Source of the DNA: Vicugna vicugna
Lineage: Eukaryota
Assembly (NCBI GenBank): GCA_013265495.1
Contig: MU057503.1
Span: forward strand, 620,001-684,000
Direction: 5' to 3'
DNA length: 64,000 nucleotides
Shown: one piece after another, positions 28,571 to 41,029 of the stretch
How the letters are laid out: every line of letters starts with the position of its first letter
How positions within the stretch are numbered: position 1 is the first letter of the stretch
Translations under genes and position numbers: made by a program
Notes under the pieces: model-generated
The model's input: the letters and a program-made list of their open reading frames with translations, nothing else
Told to the model about the DNA's origin: nothing
Databases searched by the model: none

Positions 28571-28959
28571 AATCAGGAATTGCAAACAACTTTTGAGATA
28601 CTTACGTGTTTCACTTAATCCCTGCAGTTAAGTCCACTTCACAACTGAGAGGTTACTTGCCTGAAGTCTTGTAAGTCACGCAGCCAGGACTAGACACCCA
28701 CAATGAGATTCCAGAGCCTACACTCTTAAACACTGACATGGAACATCAGGAACTCTCATGCAACATGGAAGAGGATTTGTATTAATTTATGTCCATAAAT
28801 GTTCAAACCAACCCAACCAGAATTTCTAGCAATGCCTCTTTAGAAATCATGGCCCAAACTGCTGACAGGAGTTGGTTGCCTGGCCACACATGCGGCCTCA
28901 AACTACATCCATTCCAGGGCTAGAATTTCAAAATTTCAAAGTCTAAGGGGTCTCAATAT

Positions 28960-30760
28960 TTAAGACTCATTATCAAGATGTCATGTCTTCCCAACTTGAT
29001 CTACAGATTCAGTGCAGCCCCACTCAAAATCCCAGCAAGTTACTTGGTGGATATAAACCAACCGATTCTAAAGTTGATACAGGGAAGCAGAAGACCCAGA
29101 ACAACCAACACCACATTGAAGCGGAACAGACCTGGAGGACTGACACTATCCGACTTCAAGACTTACTATAAAAGCTACAATGATCAAGACAGTGTGGTGC
29201 TGGTAAAGGAACAGACAAAGGGATCACTGGAGCAGCATGGAGAGCGCAGAAAGAGACCCACATAAACACAGTCAAGTAAGTCTGAACAAAGGGGCAAAGG
29301 CACTACAATGCAGCAAAGGTCGCTTTTTCAACAAATGGTGCTGAAACAAGTACACATCCACATGCAAAAGAGAAAAAAAAATCTAGACCCAGATCTTACA
29401 TGTTTCATAAAAATTAAGTCAAATGGATCACAGACCTAAATATAAAATGCAAAACTATAAAACCCATAGAAGTAGCATGGGAGAAAAGCTAGATGGCCTT
29501 GGGTTTGGCAATGACATTAAGAACAACACCAAAGGCACACCCTATGAAAGAAAGAACTGGAAAGCTAGACTTCATTAAGATGAAAACGCTCTGCTCCACA
29601 AGACACTGTCAAGATAATGAGAAGACAGACCGCAGACTAAGAGAAAATATTTGCAAAAGACATACCTGATACAGGACTATTATCCAAAATATACAAAGAA
29701 CTCTTAAAGCTCAATAATAAGAAAACAAACAAAACAAACATTGCGATTTCAAAAAATGGGCTGCAGGCCTTAAAAAAAACCGTTACCAAAAGGAGATATA
29801 TAAGTGGCAAATAAGCCCATGAAAGGTGCTCCACATTAGGTAGTATCAGAAAAAGGTAAATTAAAGCAATGAGATACCTCTACACGCTTATTAGAATGGC
29901 AAAAATCCAGAACACTGACAATACCAAATGCTCGTAAGAAAGGGGAGCAATAGGAACTCTCATTCATTGCAAAATGGAAGACTATTGGATGGTTTCTTAC
30001 AAAACTCAAAATAACCTCACCATACCATCCAGTAATCACAATCCTTGGTACCAGCGTAGCTGAAAACATATGCTCACATAGAAACCTACACACAGATGCT
30101 TATAGTAGCTTTATTCAAGCCGCCAAAATTTGGAAGCAACCAAGATGTCCTTCAGTAGGTGAGTGGATAAACCATGGTACATCCAGAAAATGCAATGTCA
30201 TTTAGTGCTAAATAGAAATGAACTATCAAGCCCTCAAAAGACATGGAGGAATCTTAAATGCATCTTATTAAGTGAAAGAAGATAATCTGGAAAGGCTACA
30301 TATTGAGCGGTTCCAACTATACGACGTTCTGAAAGATGTCAAACTACGGAGACAGTAAAATGATCAGTGGTTGCCGGGGGCTGGGGGAGAGCTGAATCAG
30401 CAGAGCACAGAGGGTTCCCAGGGCAGTGGAGCTATTCTGTAGGATGCTACATGTCATTATACATTTGTCACCATGTACAACGGTGGATACATGTCATTAC
30501 ACATTTGTCAAAACTCAAAGAATGTGTAACAGCAAGACTGAACCCTTAATGTAACTATGGATTCTGGGCGACAACAGTGTGTCAGTGTAGGTTCATGGAC
30601 CGAAGCAGACACACCATTCTGGTGAGGGATGCTGATAATGGAAGAGGTTATGCATGTTCCGGGGCAGGGAGCTTACGGGGAAATCTCTGTACCTCTCGTA
30701 ATTTTGCTGTGAACCTAAAACTGCTCTAAAAAGTAAGGTCTACTTTTCTAAAAACCAAAA
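28960..30760 (+). mobile_element. Old L1 (L1MC/L1MD-like) ORF2 3' part plus 3' UTR
   Basis: LIYRFSAAPLKIP and GGLTLSDFKTYYK peptides. The 3' UTR ends TTTTGCTGTGAACCTAAAACTGCTCTAAAAA. Confidence 0.9.
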
Positions 30761-31017
30761 GGTTGTGGAACGTTTACCACCTGCAGTATGGTTGTGAAAA
30801 CAGTGAGGATGAGTTTTAGAAGCCCCTGGAAGACCAACAGCCTTTAACAACTGAAGGTCTCACATCTTGCTTGGATTTTTTAAATCTTTCAATAGTTACA
30901 CATGGAGTCTGAGCAACGCACTCAGAACTTATTGATTACCTGGGAATACACAACATACACATATAAAACAGAAAGAAAATAAGTCTAACACTTAATTCCT
31001 TTAAGCTTTGGCTGTTT

Positions 31018-31437
31018 ACATCTGCAGCAACATGGATGAAGCTGGGGATCATCATACGAAGTGAAACAAGCCAGAAAGAGAAAGAAAAATACCATATATC
31101 ACTTATATGCGGAATCTTAAAAAAAACAAAAAAAGGATACAAATGAACTTATTTACAAAACAGAGACAGACTCACAGACAGAAAACAAACCTATGGTTAC
31201 AGTGGGGAAAGGACAGGGGAGGGGTAAGTTGGGAGTTCAGGATTAGCAGATACTACCTACTAAAGGAGCTAAACAAGGTCCTATTGTATAGCACAGGAAA
31301 CTATATTCCATATCGTGTCATGGTCTATAATAAAAAGGTGTGTGTGTGTATGAATTAATCACTATGCTGTACACCAGAAATTAACACAACACTGTAAATA
31401 GACTATACGTCAATTTTTAAAAATTAAACAACAACAA
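31018..31437 (+). mobile_element. 5'-truncated L1 3' UTR, cetartiodactyl type
   Basis: Same 3' UTR family as 2536-3856. TSD AAG(C/A)TTTGGCTGTTT at 31003-31017 and 31438-31452. Confidence 0.9.
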
Positions 31438-34006
31438 AAGATTTGGCTGTTTGGAATTTGGAGTTTATTTTTCCATAAAAGTGACAGAAGTGCTTAATAA
31501 TTTTGTTCCTACATACTCCATGAAAATGCATTTTGAAATGCTTGTTGGGGCTTGAGTAGATATACTCCCATCATCCCTAAAACTGGAGACTCCTGAAAGC
31601 AGTAGTTTAGGTTCAGTGCCTGTGACATATTTATTGAGTCTAAGATGCAATCGATAATCATATGAACCCACAGTTTGCACACAGAGAAAAATGCTGCCAT
31701 AAACTGACATAAAGCTGTCTCGTCACTTAGAGCCATCTTATAATAACTAAAAAAACTTTGAGATAATTAGATTTATCATCTATCACTCATGTACCTCCAT
31801 TTAAAAAAAAAAAGAAAAGAAACAAAACTGGTTAAGATGTTCCTGACACATCTTCCTGACTCTTCTGAATCACTTTAACTCGGTTGCCAATGTGCGCTTT
31901 TTTCCACCTAACGCCTCACTGTTGTCTCTGGAACATTCTTCCAGCTGCCAGACACCCAATATGCCAATTCTGAGTCTGGCATTTTCCTGTTCTTACCGGG
32001 TGTCACGGCAGGAGGCTTTTCAGATAACTAGGACGTGGATCTTTGGTGACTAGACGTGCTGCACACACGTGTCCTTGTGCACAATAATGTTTGGGGGAAG
32101 ACCTCGTTCTTGGGGATTGTTTTTAGTTTAAGATTAAATTAAAGCTGCAACTCTCAGCCATCAGCAATTGTGCAAAGCACCACAGCATAACGGCTGCTCA
32201 GAGCCCATGTGCACGACTTTCATCTCCTTAGCACCATAACCCTCACAGGAAAACTTCAGAGCCTTTTAAAGAACACTGGGGGTTTTTATCAGCATTTCCT
32301 ATCTGTCTAAACTCAATTTTTCTCCAAATCACTAGAAAATAAGCAGTTACAGTTCTAAGTTGGAAGAAAGTTTGATAAATTGATGTTCCACACCTCAGCA
32401 ACAGCCCTGGACGACTTATGAGTTGGACACACCAGCTGCTTACTGCTTTGAAGTTCCTTTCATCTCCTGGAAGGGATCTACCAATCTCTCCTGTTTTCAA
32501 GTTGTGTAATTTATTATCTGGAAGGCAATACTCTTGCCCTAACTCTGTAATACAACTTCAGTTACTTATCCTCTGTCTCAAGTCTCCCAAAGCTCTTCGT
32601 TAGTGTTTTGGGGGGGGGGGTGTTTTGTTTTTGGTAAAAAAAAAAAAATAGTAACTGCGATCATTTCTCTAACAAAAATTTGTTTCACTGGGACTAAATT
32701 TACATCTTGCTGCTCTGGGTCTATAGCTTTCTCTTGCATAAAAACCTTTTGTTCCAGTGTTGGATCATGATTTAATATTTTTGAAGACTTTTCATATGCA
32801 ATTCATCTCGTCTTGTATATTGCCAACAATATACATCAACATGGCTGCTGTGTCCACATCTGCGCAATCAGATGTAATGACAGCGATGTTCCAGTGCTGT
32901 CCGGCCAGTGGAGATGAGAGGCTGTCGCTGTAAGACACTAAACAGTGTGGGTGTGGACGCTGGCATGTACGTCTCAGAATCGCTGGAACTTAGAAACTGA
33001 GGAATAAATGAATACTCCTTTAATGTATGTAAAAAATTAGTTCCAGAATGGACACCAGAAATTCCTCCCAAGCCTTACGCACACCTGCTGCCCCTTCCCT
33101 CGGAGACGGACTCCTTTCCCTTCCCTGCAGTCTGGGTTGGCCCTGTGCTTCCACCAACAGAACGAGGAAGAGCAGCCAGGGTCCCTGCCGGACTGCCCGG
33201 CCCAGCCCAGCCCAGGGAACAACTTCACTACAAAAAAAAGAAAGAAAAGAAAAAAAACACCTCTCCTTCTGCCGCCACCCAACTATTCTCCATAGCAGAG
33301 GAGCCAAGCTAGAGCACATAATTAGCCCTAAAGGGGGGCAGCAGCCACTTCCCCATTTCCTTATTTACGGATTCATAATGGATGCAAACTGCTTCCAAGG
33401 TTAATTAAATGAATTATAGATGTCTAAAATGAGGGCAAACTCTGTTTTTCCTTTAAACCTGGTCCATCTGCTTATCAAGGCAATGTTTTCTAAGTTAATT
33501 AAGTATGGAGCAGAAAGTCCTCCATGCAGACACTTTCAATTAATTCTTAATTAAGGATACCCACGTACGTTCTCCAAGTGGGCAAAAATATACAGTGTGG
33601 GGAGACAAACAAAGGCACAGAGTTTGCTACTTTTTAAATTTATCAAATGTTATAAACAGCTTAAAGAATACCTACCTTTAGGGTGATTTTCAAAAAAATC
33701 AGCGAGAACATACACAAATAATAGCACACTTCTTAACTTTGTTCCTCTTTGTCCTTCCATGTTGCTAAGAGACTGTCTTTTTCAAGGCTTAAATACACAG
33801 ACTTTTCCAAATTTAGAAAACAAGCGACTTGCAAAGAAGCTTCAAAAAGGCAGCCAGTTAGAGGTTAAAATTTATTTGGTAGTGATCAACCCACATTTCT
33901 CCAATTTCCTGAAATATATTAGCAAGTGCCTGGATAACTCATGTACACTTCAGTATTTATCACTGCCAGGTATGTGACTTTCTTAGTTTATACACATTAA
34001 AATTTG

Positions 34007-34186
34007 CTTATTTTTTATTAAAGTAGTTATAATGTATCAATTTCTGGTATACAGCATAATGTCCCAGTCATGCATTTATATACATATTCATTTTTTTATT
34101 CTTTTTCACTAAAGCTTATTACAAAATATTGAATATAGTTCCCTGTGCTGTACAGAAGAAATTTGTTTTTTATCTTTATGTATAGC
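34007..34186 (-). mobile_element. Short L1 3' end
   Basis: ATATTGAATATAGTTCCCTGTGCT motif. TSD ACACATT(A/C)AAATTTG at 33992-34006 and 34187-34201. Confidence 0.85.
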
Positions 34187-37100
34187 ACACATTCAAATTT
34201 GTGATACCACTTTACTCTCTACCAAAGGGGAAATGACAGGAAAGTCAACCTTCAATTGAAGGAGAAACAGCCTTCAACTGGTTTTAAGACAATGAGGAGG
34301 TCACAGGAAGGCTCTGTATACACATCCTAATTCCTGATGAGCATTCGAGGCAGGTTGGCCACAATTAGGGATAAACTGTAACCAAAGCATCAGCATATGC
34401 AGCTGGGAAAGACAACACATATTAACAGTAGTAAGTGTTGTAACAATAATTGCTCCTTAATTTAGAAATTGGGGCATACAGCAAATCATACTGTTAAACC
34501 TATAAACTGCACGACCGTGGTACTACAAAAGACTACGCTTTCCCTGAAAACTCCTGGGTGTACTTAGGTGTTTGTTTACAGTTTATTAACGACCCGACAG
34601 CCTGCAGAAAGAAACAAAAAGGTAACAGGGGCCCTTGACAACTGAAGATCAAAAAAGCCCAGCACAACAGATACTAGAATGTAAATCACTGGAGAAATGG
34701 TTACATTTACAAGAAGTTGACAGATACGCCTCTTTTGAAAAGACCCATTTTGATTACATTTTCAACATCCAAGTACTTCGGTGTTGGAAGAGCTTTGTGG
34801 GGGCTCCCACTAACCACAGGGAACCACAGGGACAGGCCAGCTTTGCTGAGACAAATCAACAGGCTTTGTCGGATGTAAAGCAACACAACCAGACACAACC
34901 ATGAGGAAGACAAAGCTCAAACTGCCCGGCACCCCATCCAGCCCAGCGCCCTGTATGTACATTTGTAAAGTACACACGGCCGTCTTGAAGAGGAAGAGGC
35001 AACAGGACTAAAAAGATCCGAGTGCAGCCCCGGTGTGTCACTCAGGCAAGCCATTTAATTTCTCCCAACATTGATTTCACATCCAACGAGAGGAAAGACG
35101 TGTGGAGGGCACAGGGGGAGCCGGAGGGAGCTGATGTCCTCTGAGCATCTCCTCAAGGGCCGGCATCAACCTTACAACATCTCATCTAATTCTCACACCA
35201 GATTTGGACTTCACAAAGAGCGCGGTGAGGCCAGGGGACAGATGGGATGTTAACCCTGAACCCTGGCTTCAAAGCCCTCCTGCCCAATGGCCATGCTTAG
35301 CTTGCAAATTCTTGTTTCCAGAGTGAGGGCAAGACCTGCAAGGGCCCTCTCTGGGCTCCCACATCTCTGTGTCTCCCTGGGCTGTGATGCCATTTCCAAG
35401 TCTCACCTCAGATCGCATCCTCTCCAGCAGACTCTCTACCCTCCCCCTCACCGCCACCGGCACCACCTAAACCCAGAGGTGCCCCTTGGCTTTCTCAGGG
35501 CTAGTGAAAATCCCACATGTACAAACACACAGGATGTGGAGGCTACAGAACATCAGGGTCACCCACCTCTCCTTCCACGTCACCTGACAAGTTTGGGTGG
35601 CGGGCAGTCTGCTCAGAACAGCAGAGGGATTCCAGTCCTGCACGTTTGGTACCATCTAATCGCAGTGCTACACAGTGAGGATGACTTTTCACTGAAACCA
35701 TACGTTGCCTGGTCCTCAAAGCCACTTTTTCAAAACCCTTAGGAGGTGAGTTTACGTTTACAATGAAGGAATGACAACGATCAGCAACCGAATCCAATTA
35801 GTTCCCATTTTTCTATTTTTAAGTTACTCAAGCTAGAGGAAATGACTAAGGGTCATTAATAATGGAACTCGTGGTCTGGTGTCATAAAGAGCTTGCCACT
35901 CCACAGACACAACCTGAAGCACCGCCAAGAGAAACCATGGCAGTTTCTGCCCTCAGGCAACAGAGGCCGTTTGGGGAAAACTGTTTCTGTGCTGACGGGA
36001 ACTGCCAATGGTACTTGCTCTAGAACGATACACATCTTTATAGAAGCCGCCTGACAGCAGCGCAGCCGCGCAGCACACAGACACAACGTTCAGGCTGCAG
36101 AGCGCAGCTGTGCTCCAAGGGAGACGTGCCCTGACCGTTCCTAAAACAGGCAGAGGAAACCCTTCCACACACAGTTCAATTAATGACAACTAACACGCCA
36201 TAAGGTACATGTTAGGAAGCCCCCGAGAAGTGGGTTTGAGGAGACAGAGGCTCTGCTCCGGGCATCCCTGAGGTTCCTGAATGTCATTCACCCTTGAAGC
36301 CGGATGGGCAAGTACAAGGTTTTGGTTCCAAAATCAAGGCCAGGAAGGGAAGTTCAATAAGCCACGAATTCTGACATGAGCTCCTTAGAATAAAATGGGG
36401 AAATAAAATTAAAAAACAAGTGACAAATAATATAACTTACTGTGGTTTACTTTGGAGGGCTCCTCTTAAACCAATTCAGAATGCTGAATAACCAAATATA
36501 AAATACTTTTATTAAGGGTAGGATTTTTTAAAACCGTACAAAGCCAAGATACTTCGACACTGTGGCTGCCCAACACTCGAACGTTTCCCAGACCGAGGGC
36601 ACGACCTCAGGGCTCTCTCCCAGCCCTCGCGGGCACAGCCCGGTGAGGACCAAAGCTAGGGCGGTGCCCCCACCCCACCCTGGTGGCACCAGCCTGGGTC
36701 ACTTATCCTGTGAGAATCAGTTCTTCATCTACAAGGTAACATTCCTGACAGCACAGAACTACTGTGAGGATTAACTAAGATAATACACATACAATGCTTA
36801 ACCCGGTGCCCAGAACAGAAGGACTCAATACTGGAGATTCTCATGACTGAGGTAAACGCTGTTACTGCTCAGAATGATAGAGGGAATAGAATAGGTGAGA
36901 ATCTACTGTAGATGGAAGACCCACTCATGGCCCGAAACGCCAGCCACAGCTCAGAGATAACCGTACAGGTCTGTCTCCTGTGGAGAAAGCGGTGTCTCTC
37001 TATTTAGTGGGCTGAACTAATCCAGTCAGACTAGATATCTGACCGCTGCTTTTTCAGGGGTACTTAGGTAGCAACCAAATTGGGGTATTCGGGGCAGACA

Positions 37101-38739
37101 CAGCATACCGTCCATCAGCTATTTCACACTGTAAAGCAGCTCTGAAAGCTACTGCTGACCCCCTCCTGAGTGCCCCACAGACAGGCTGCATCGAACACAT
37201 GAACGGCCACCGTGCTTCAGACGCCATCAGAACCCTGGTTCTTCCCGTTTAAAGTAACCAGCACGATTCATTTTTTTGGAGACGCCTCCATCAACCAACC
37301 TCAAGTCTGAAAGCCTCTTCCATGCTTTAAAATTAAGATTAAAAACAGCTGGTGAAGGGGTGGAAGCATGTCAGTGGCAATGATGCTAAGAGGCGAGCAA
37401 GGAGCTTGGCTCAAGACAAAGCGACAGGAAGCACACGCATGGTCCAGAAATACCCTGAAATACTGCTGTGAGCCTTCCACCCTTGATGCAGTCTCATCCT
37501 CCATATTTTAGTGCTTTTGTGACAGTTGAAGGTGGGAAAATAACAATGATGGATAAAATGGATTTCATGCTAAGTAGCAACTAGGCCTGAGAGCTGGGGG
37601 TCACTTAGCCATCGGGGGTAAGAACTCTGTCCATGCTTTCAGAATCAGCAGGATAGAAAATGACTGAGAATACTCACGCAGCCCAATCTCTCCAGTTGCA
37701 GAGAAAAATGAAACATCACCAATTTTACTTAAGCTCTGCTAACTTAATAAGTACCAAATATCCAGCATCATGGGTAGTCGCTCTAGGGAGCAGGGAGGGA
37801 GAGTGAACACTTTCAAACATGACTTCAGAACTAGGTAATACATGAATATTAAGTCAAAACAGATGTGTAAGGGGACCGTCAGTTTCTAGAAGGGAACAGA
37901 GAAATGTAAGGGCAACTCTAAAATTTGGGGTACACTTAACATGTTCATACTCAACCTAATTACTGGGCAGTACACTTCTCCTGGAGTCACCCTGTAACAC
38001 AAAGTCTTAGTGATGGATGAAACCTGCTACCGTAAGAACAGGGTATTGCAACATAATACAAACTTGAACTGGTTCAAACTGTTCTTCCCACCACCACTTC
38101 AACTGAATTATATGCACTGTTGGTATTTGTCCTGTGGATCTAAGATGCTACTGGAAAATCCTTCAAGAAGGCTTCACTCCATTGAGCACTGAAACAAAAA
38201 GTGGTCGTGTGCACACACAGACCCACAACACGGCTGTGGGGTGTAAAACTGATTACGAGTAGGGCAAACATTTCTTGTGCCCTGTTTTCTTGCAGTGCTA
38301 TAACCAGCTGCTTCAGGGGACGGAAGGAAGGAAGGAACCCACCAGCAGACGGAGCCTTGCACATTTTGCCGTGATAAACGGGCAAAAGAGTTGCCGTCAG
38401 ATGCTGAGCAACAAGAGCAAAGGTGGGAGAAGCTGCCTCCCCTGGTAACAGAGGACAGATTTCAAAGCCACAGAGGCTGCTGGTGTGGTCTGTTCAGGAG
38501 TCACCCAGATCATCAGGTGAGCTCCGTGTCCTAGCAAAGTCTGTAGTGTTTTGGTTTTTTTCCCTACTAGTGTGTCTAAAATCGATGATGTTTTAATACA
38601 CGAAATGTTAATATCTTGGAAAAATCAATTAAACCTATAAACTTTACAAGAAAAATGTTCCAGCTCTGACCCAGATATAGCCCAACAGCTCCCACAGCTT
38701 TCTGCTCCTCCAGCAACATCCACTCAGCCCCAAGCAGGA

Positions 38740-38965
38740 GAGACGACTTCAGAGCCCGACTTCCTTGGTTCAAATGCTGGCTTGGCCACTAACTAGCTGT
38801 ATGACCTAGTCAGGCTTCTTATCTTTTCTCGGCTTGGTTTTCTCACCTATTAAATGAGAATAATAGCACCCAGGTTACAGGATTGTTAAAATAAAGGAAC
38901 AAGACAATATTTGTAAAAAGTTTAGACCAATACCTGCCACATAGTTAACATCATATAAGTACTTG
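38740..38965 (+). mobile_element. MIR SINE
   Basis: GGTTCAAATGCTGGCTTGGCCACTAACTAGCTGTATGACCT..TTTCTCACCTATTAAATGAGAATAATAG core. Confidence 0.8.
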
Positions 38966-38974
38966 TTATATAAA

Positions 38975-39038
38975 ACTAGCACCCAGATTTTGGTTTCCAA
39001 CTATTCTCCAAAGGAAGGAACCAAAAATTCTTGGAGGA
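38975..39038 (+). mobile_element. Short L1MC-like 3' UTR fragment abutting the viral element
   Basis: CTAGCACCCAGATTTTGGTTTC..ATTCTCCAAAGGAAGGAACCA..CTTGGAG resembles the L1MC 3' UTR motif as recalled. Confidence 0.55.
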
Positions 39039-39049
39039 TAACCAATTAT

Positions 39050-39140
39050 ATATACCAATTACATCTTAAGGATGAGCATGGCCCAACCTGTGACTGCCAG
39101 AAACACAAGAAGACATTCAGAGAGGTCGGGGTAGTGCTAA
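39050..39140 (-). pseudogene. Endogenous bornavirus-like matrix (EBLM) 5' fragment
   Basis: 39136-39062 translates as HYPDLSECLLVFLAVTGWAMLILKM, against the recalled BoDV-1 M N-terminus SYVELKDKVIVPGWPTLMLEI (Y-x-D/E-L then V-x-GW-xx-L-x-L). It lies downstream of the G-like gene on the same strand. The match is short and relies on context. Confidence 0.6.
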
Positions 39141-39329
39141 AATGAGAAATCTCTGGCCGAGATGGGACAACACAGGCATCACGGGTAGTAATGCAATGCA
39201 GAGCTGAAAGGCACCATTCCATAATGATACCCACACAAGAAAATGCACCTAAATACACGAGGTGCTATCATGCTAAAGAAGGGAGGACAGTAGCAGTTCA
39301 GTGCGTTGTTGATTTTTAATAACACAAGT

Positions 39330-41029
39330 GCTAGCTGTTTTGTTTCTTCTATTAAATAGACAACTTATCTTATTGCAGTTGGCTTTTTGTGATTCACAGA
39401 TACTGCATTTTTTACAAACTGAGGGTTTGCGACCACCTCACATCAAGCAAGTCTATTAACTTCATTTTCCCAAAAGTTTTTTTTAATTAAGATATATATA
39501 TATTTTTTTGACAAAGTGCTTTTGCTCTCTTAATAGAGTGTAAACATAACTTTTATATGTACTGGGAAACCAAAAAATTTGTGTGAGTCGTTTTTTCACG
39601 ATATTCATTTTTGTGGTGGTCTGGAACCGAACCTATAGTATCTCCAAGGTGTGCCTGTGTCTCTTTAAGCAGAGAAGGGTGAATACAGGGAACTTTACAA
39701 TACTCGTCCTAGCAAAGGTAGAGTGCACCTGATAACAAAAAAAAAGCATTGGTGCATTTTATAACCGGAGGAAGAAAACTGAGTGCCAAGATGACGAATT
39801 AGCTAAATGTTCTAATGTAGCTGTTAGCTAGGTACACTAGCTGCAGTCTCCATCCCTCACGTTCTAGGAGATGATACTGCTAGAGGTCCTGCTAACTGGA
39901 GTCGGGTAGTAATAAAGCACATGTAAGCTTCCAATGATGCTCAAAGACCCGGCAAACATCAGGGTGACAGGGCAATGGCCCATAAAATGCCAGATGAGCA
40001 AAGTTTGGAGAATAAAACACTCTGGGGGAAGCACCATGCTGCAAAAAACTAGGACCTGTATGGAAAGCATGTGTCCAAAATCTTAATGTAACCAACAGGG
40101 GATAGGCATAAAAAGGGGCCTAGCCAGATGACCAGTGGCTTGGAGTTGACGAATAGAGATGACCAAAAAATCAATCAGCTGATAACTAGATCCTGTCAGA
40201 CTATTGCTCTGACTCCGATAAGGTTTCTGTAATTGTGGAACTGTACAACTGTACTCCTAATGTCCCTAAGAAAGTGTCCAAGTGGGCCTTGCTCTGACAT
40301 TAGAAGTTATCGAAATATATGTTGCTCAAACTTCAGACAGTAAACAAGTTTAAGGATAATAAATGACCCTCCATGGCATTAGTATTTCAGAATAGGTTTA
40401 AGTGTGTTAAACGTTTCATAATCATTGGCATCTTTGTATGCCGTTTACAGTGTCTGGCGTATTCAAAAGAATCATTGTAGTTTGGGTTGTTTTCAAAAAA
40501 ATTAAGTCTATAATCATGTTTCAATAGATTGAAGAACTGCTTAAGACATTGATATTTAAAGTCTGATTTTGGATATAAATTTCGTAGTTTGAGCCCCAAA
40601 GTACACATAGTAGAAGGTGCTTCTCTCCATGAACAAAAACCCTTGGGCAGTAAAGAATATAAAAGTAAGTCACCAACAGAAGGTCCAGAGGGTGTACACT
40701 GAACTTCTCCACACGAAAGACTATTCAGAAATATGGCAGTCTACTTCTTCCACCACAATGGCCCGAGGGAAACAAAAGAGAAGGCAACAATAGAAGAAAA
40801 CAGGAGAGAGAAATGCTACACAGTTGATAAGAGTTCTTCTTCCATAGTTTGTCCATTAAAAGTAGGACATGGAAATAACTGGAAATTAACAACAGATTGC
40901 AGCGTCAGTGTTGTGTAAATTAATCAGACATGTACAGCATAACAACACATCCCTTCTCTTTCAGCTCTCAAATAAAATGAGCCTGAAATGATTAGGAATG
41001 CTAATGTGCCTAGAACAATTAAACACCAT
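39330..41029 (-). pseudogene. Endogenous bornavirus-like glycoprotein element (EBLG), near full length, disrupted by stops and frameshifts and interrupted by a Tigger1-derived insertion
   Basis: Minus-strand translation gives blocks collinear with BoDV-1 G as I recall it. 41025-40942 CLIVLGTLAFLIISGSFYLR..GMCC (vs [24 protein letters not shown]). 40923-40852 LIYTTLTLQSVVNFQLFPCPTFNG (vs [25 protein letters not shown]). 40786-40724 CLLFCFPRAIVVEEVDCHISE (vs [21 protein letters not shown]). 40645-40607 QGFLFMERSTFYY (vs SGKAMLSDGSTLTY). 40574-40530 IQNQTLNINVLSSSS (vs VVNKTLNGTILCNSSS). 40455-40385 RHCKRH/KD..FNTLKPILK (vs RLKRRRRD..VHKLRPTLK). 40279-40193 GHFLRD..FHNYRNLIGVRAIV*Q (vs [26 protein letters not shown]). 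40141-40082 KPLVIWLGPFLCLSPVGYIK (vs [20 protein letters not shown]). 39783-39712 LSFLPPVIKCTNAFFLLSGALYLC (vs [27 protein letters not shown]). Candidate ATG at 41029. About 1.4 kb once the transposon is removed. Confidence 0.85.
39357..39657 (+). mobile_element. Tigger1-derived non-autonomous DNA transposon (TcMar-Tigger), internally deleted, inserted in the EBLG
   Basis: Begins with a degenerate Tigger1 end (..TTATTGC..CACAGATACTGCATTTTTTACAAA) and finishes GGTGGTCTGGAACCGAACC..TATCTCCAAGGTGTGCCTG. It is homologous to the longer copy at 53721-54206. Confidence 0.88.

Noticed and set aside
30447..30511. 23-bp direct repeat TACATGTCATTA(T/C)ACATTTGTCA with a short spacer
   Set aside because: A local duplication within an L1 3' UTR. 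Only two copies, so not an array.
39140..39190. Alternative M-like motif DACVVPSRPEI
   Set aside because: Weaker than the adjacent GW-containing block and probably chance.
40050..40712. Short resemblances to bornaviral L (EKFSV, TGPSF)
   Set aside because: The spacing is inconsistent with L, and the same interval fits G collinearly.
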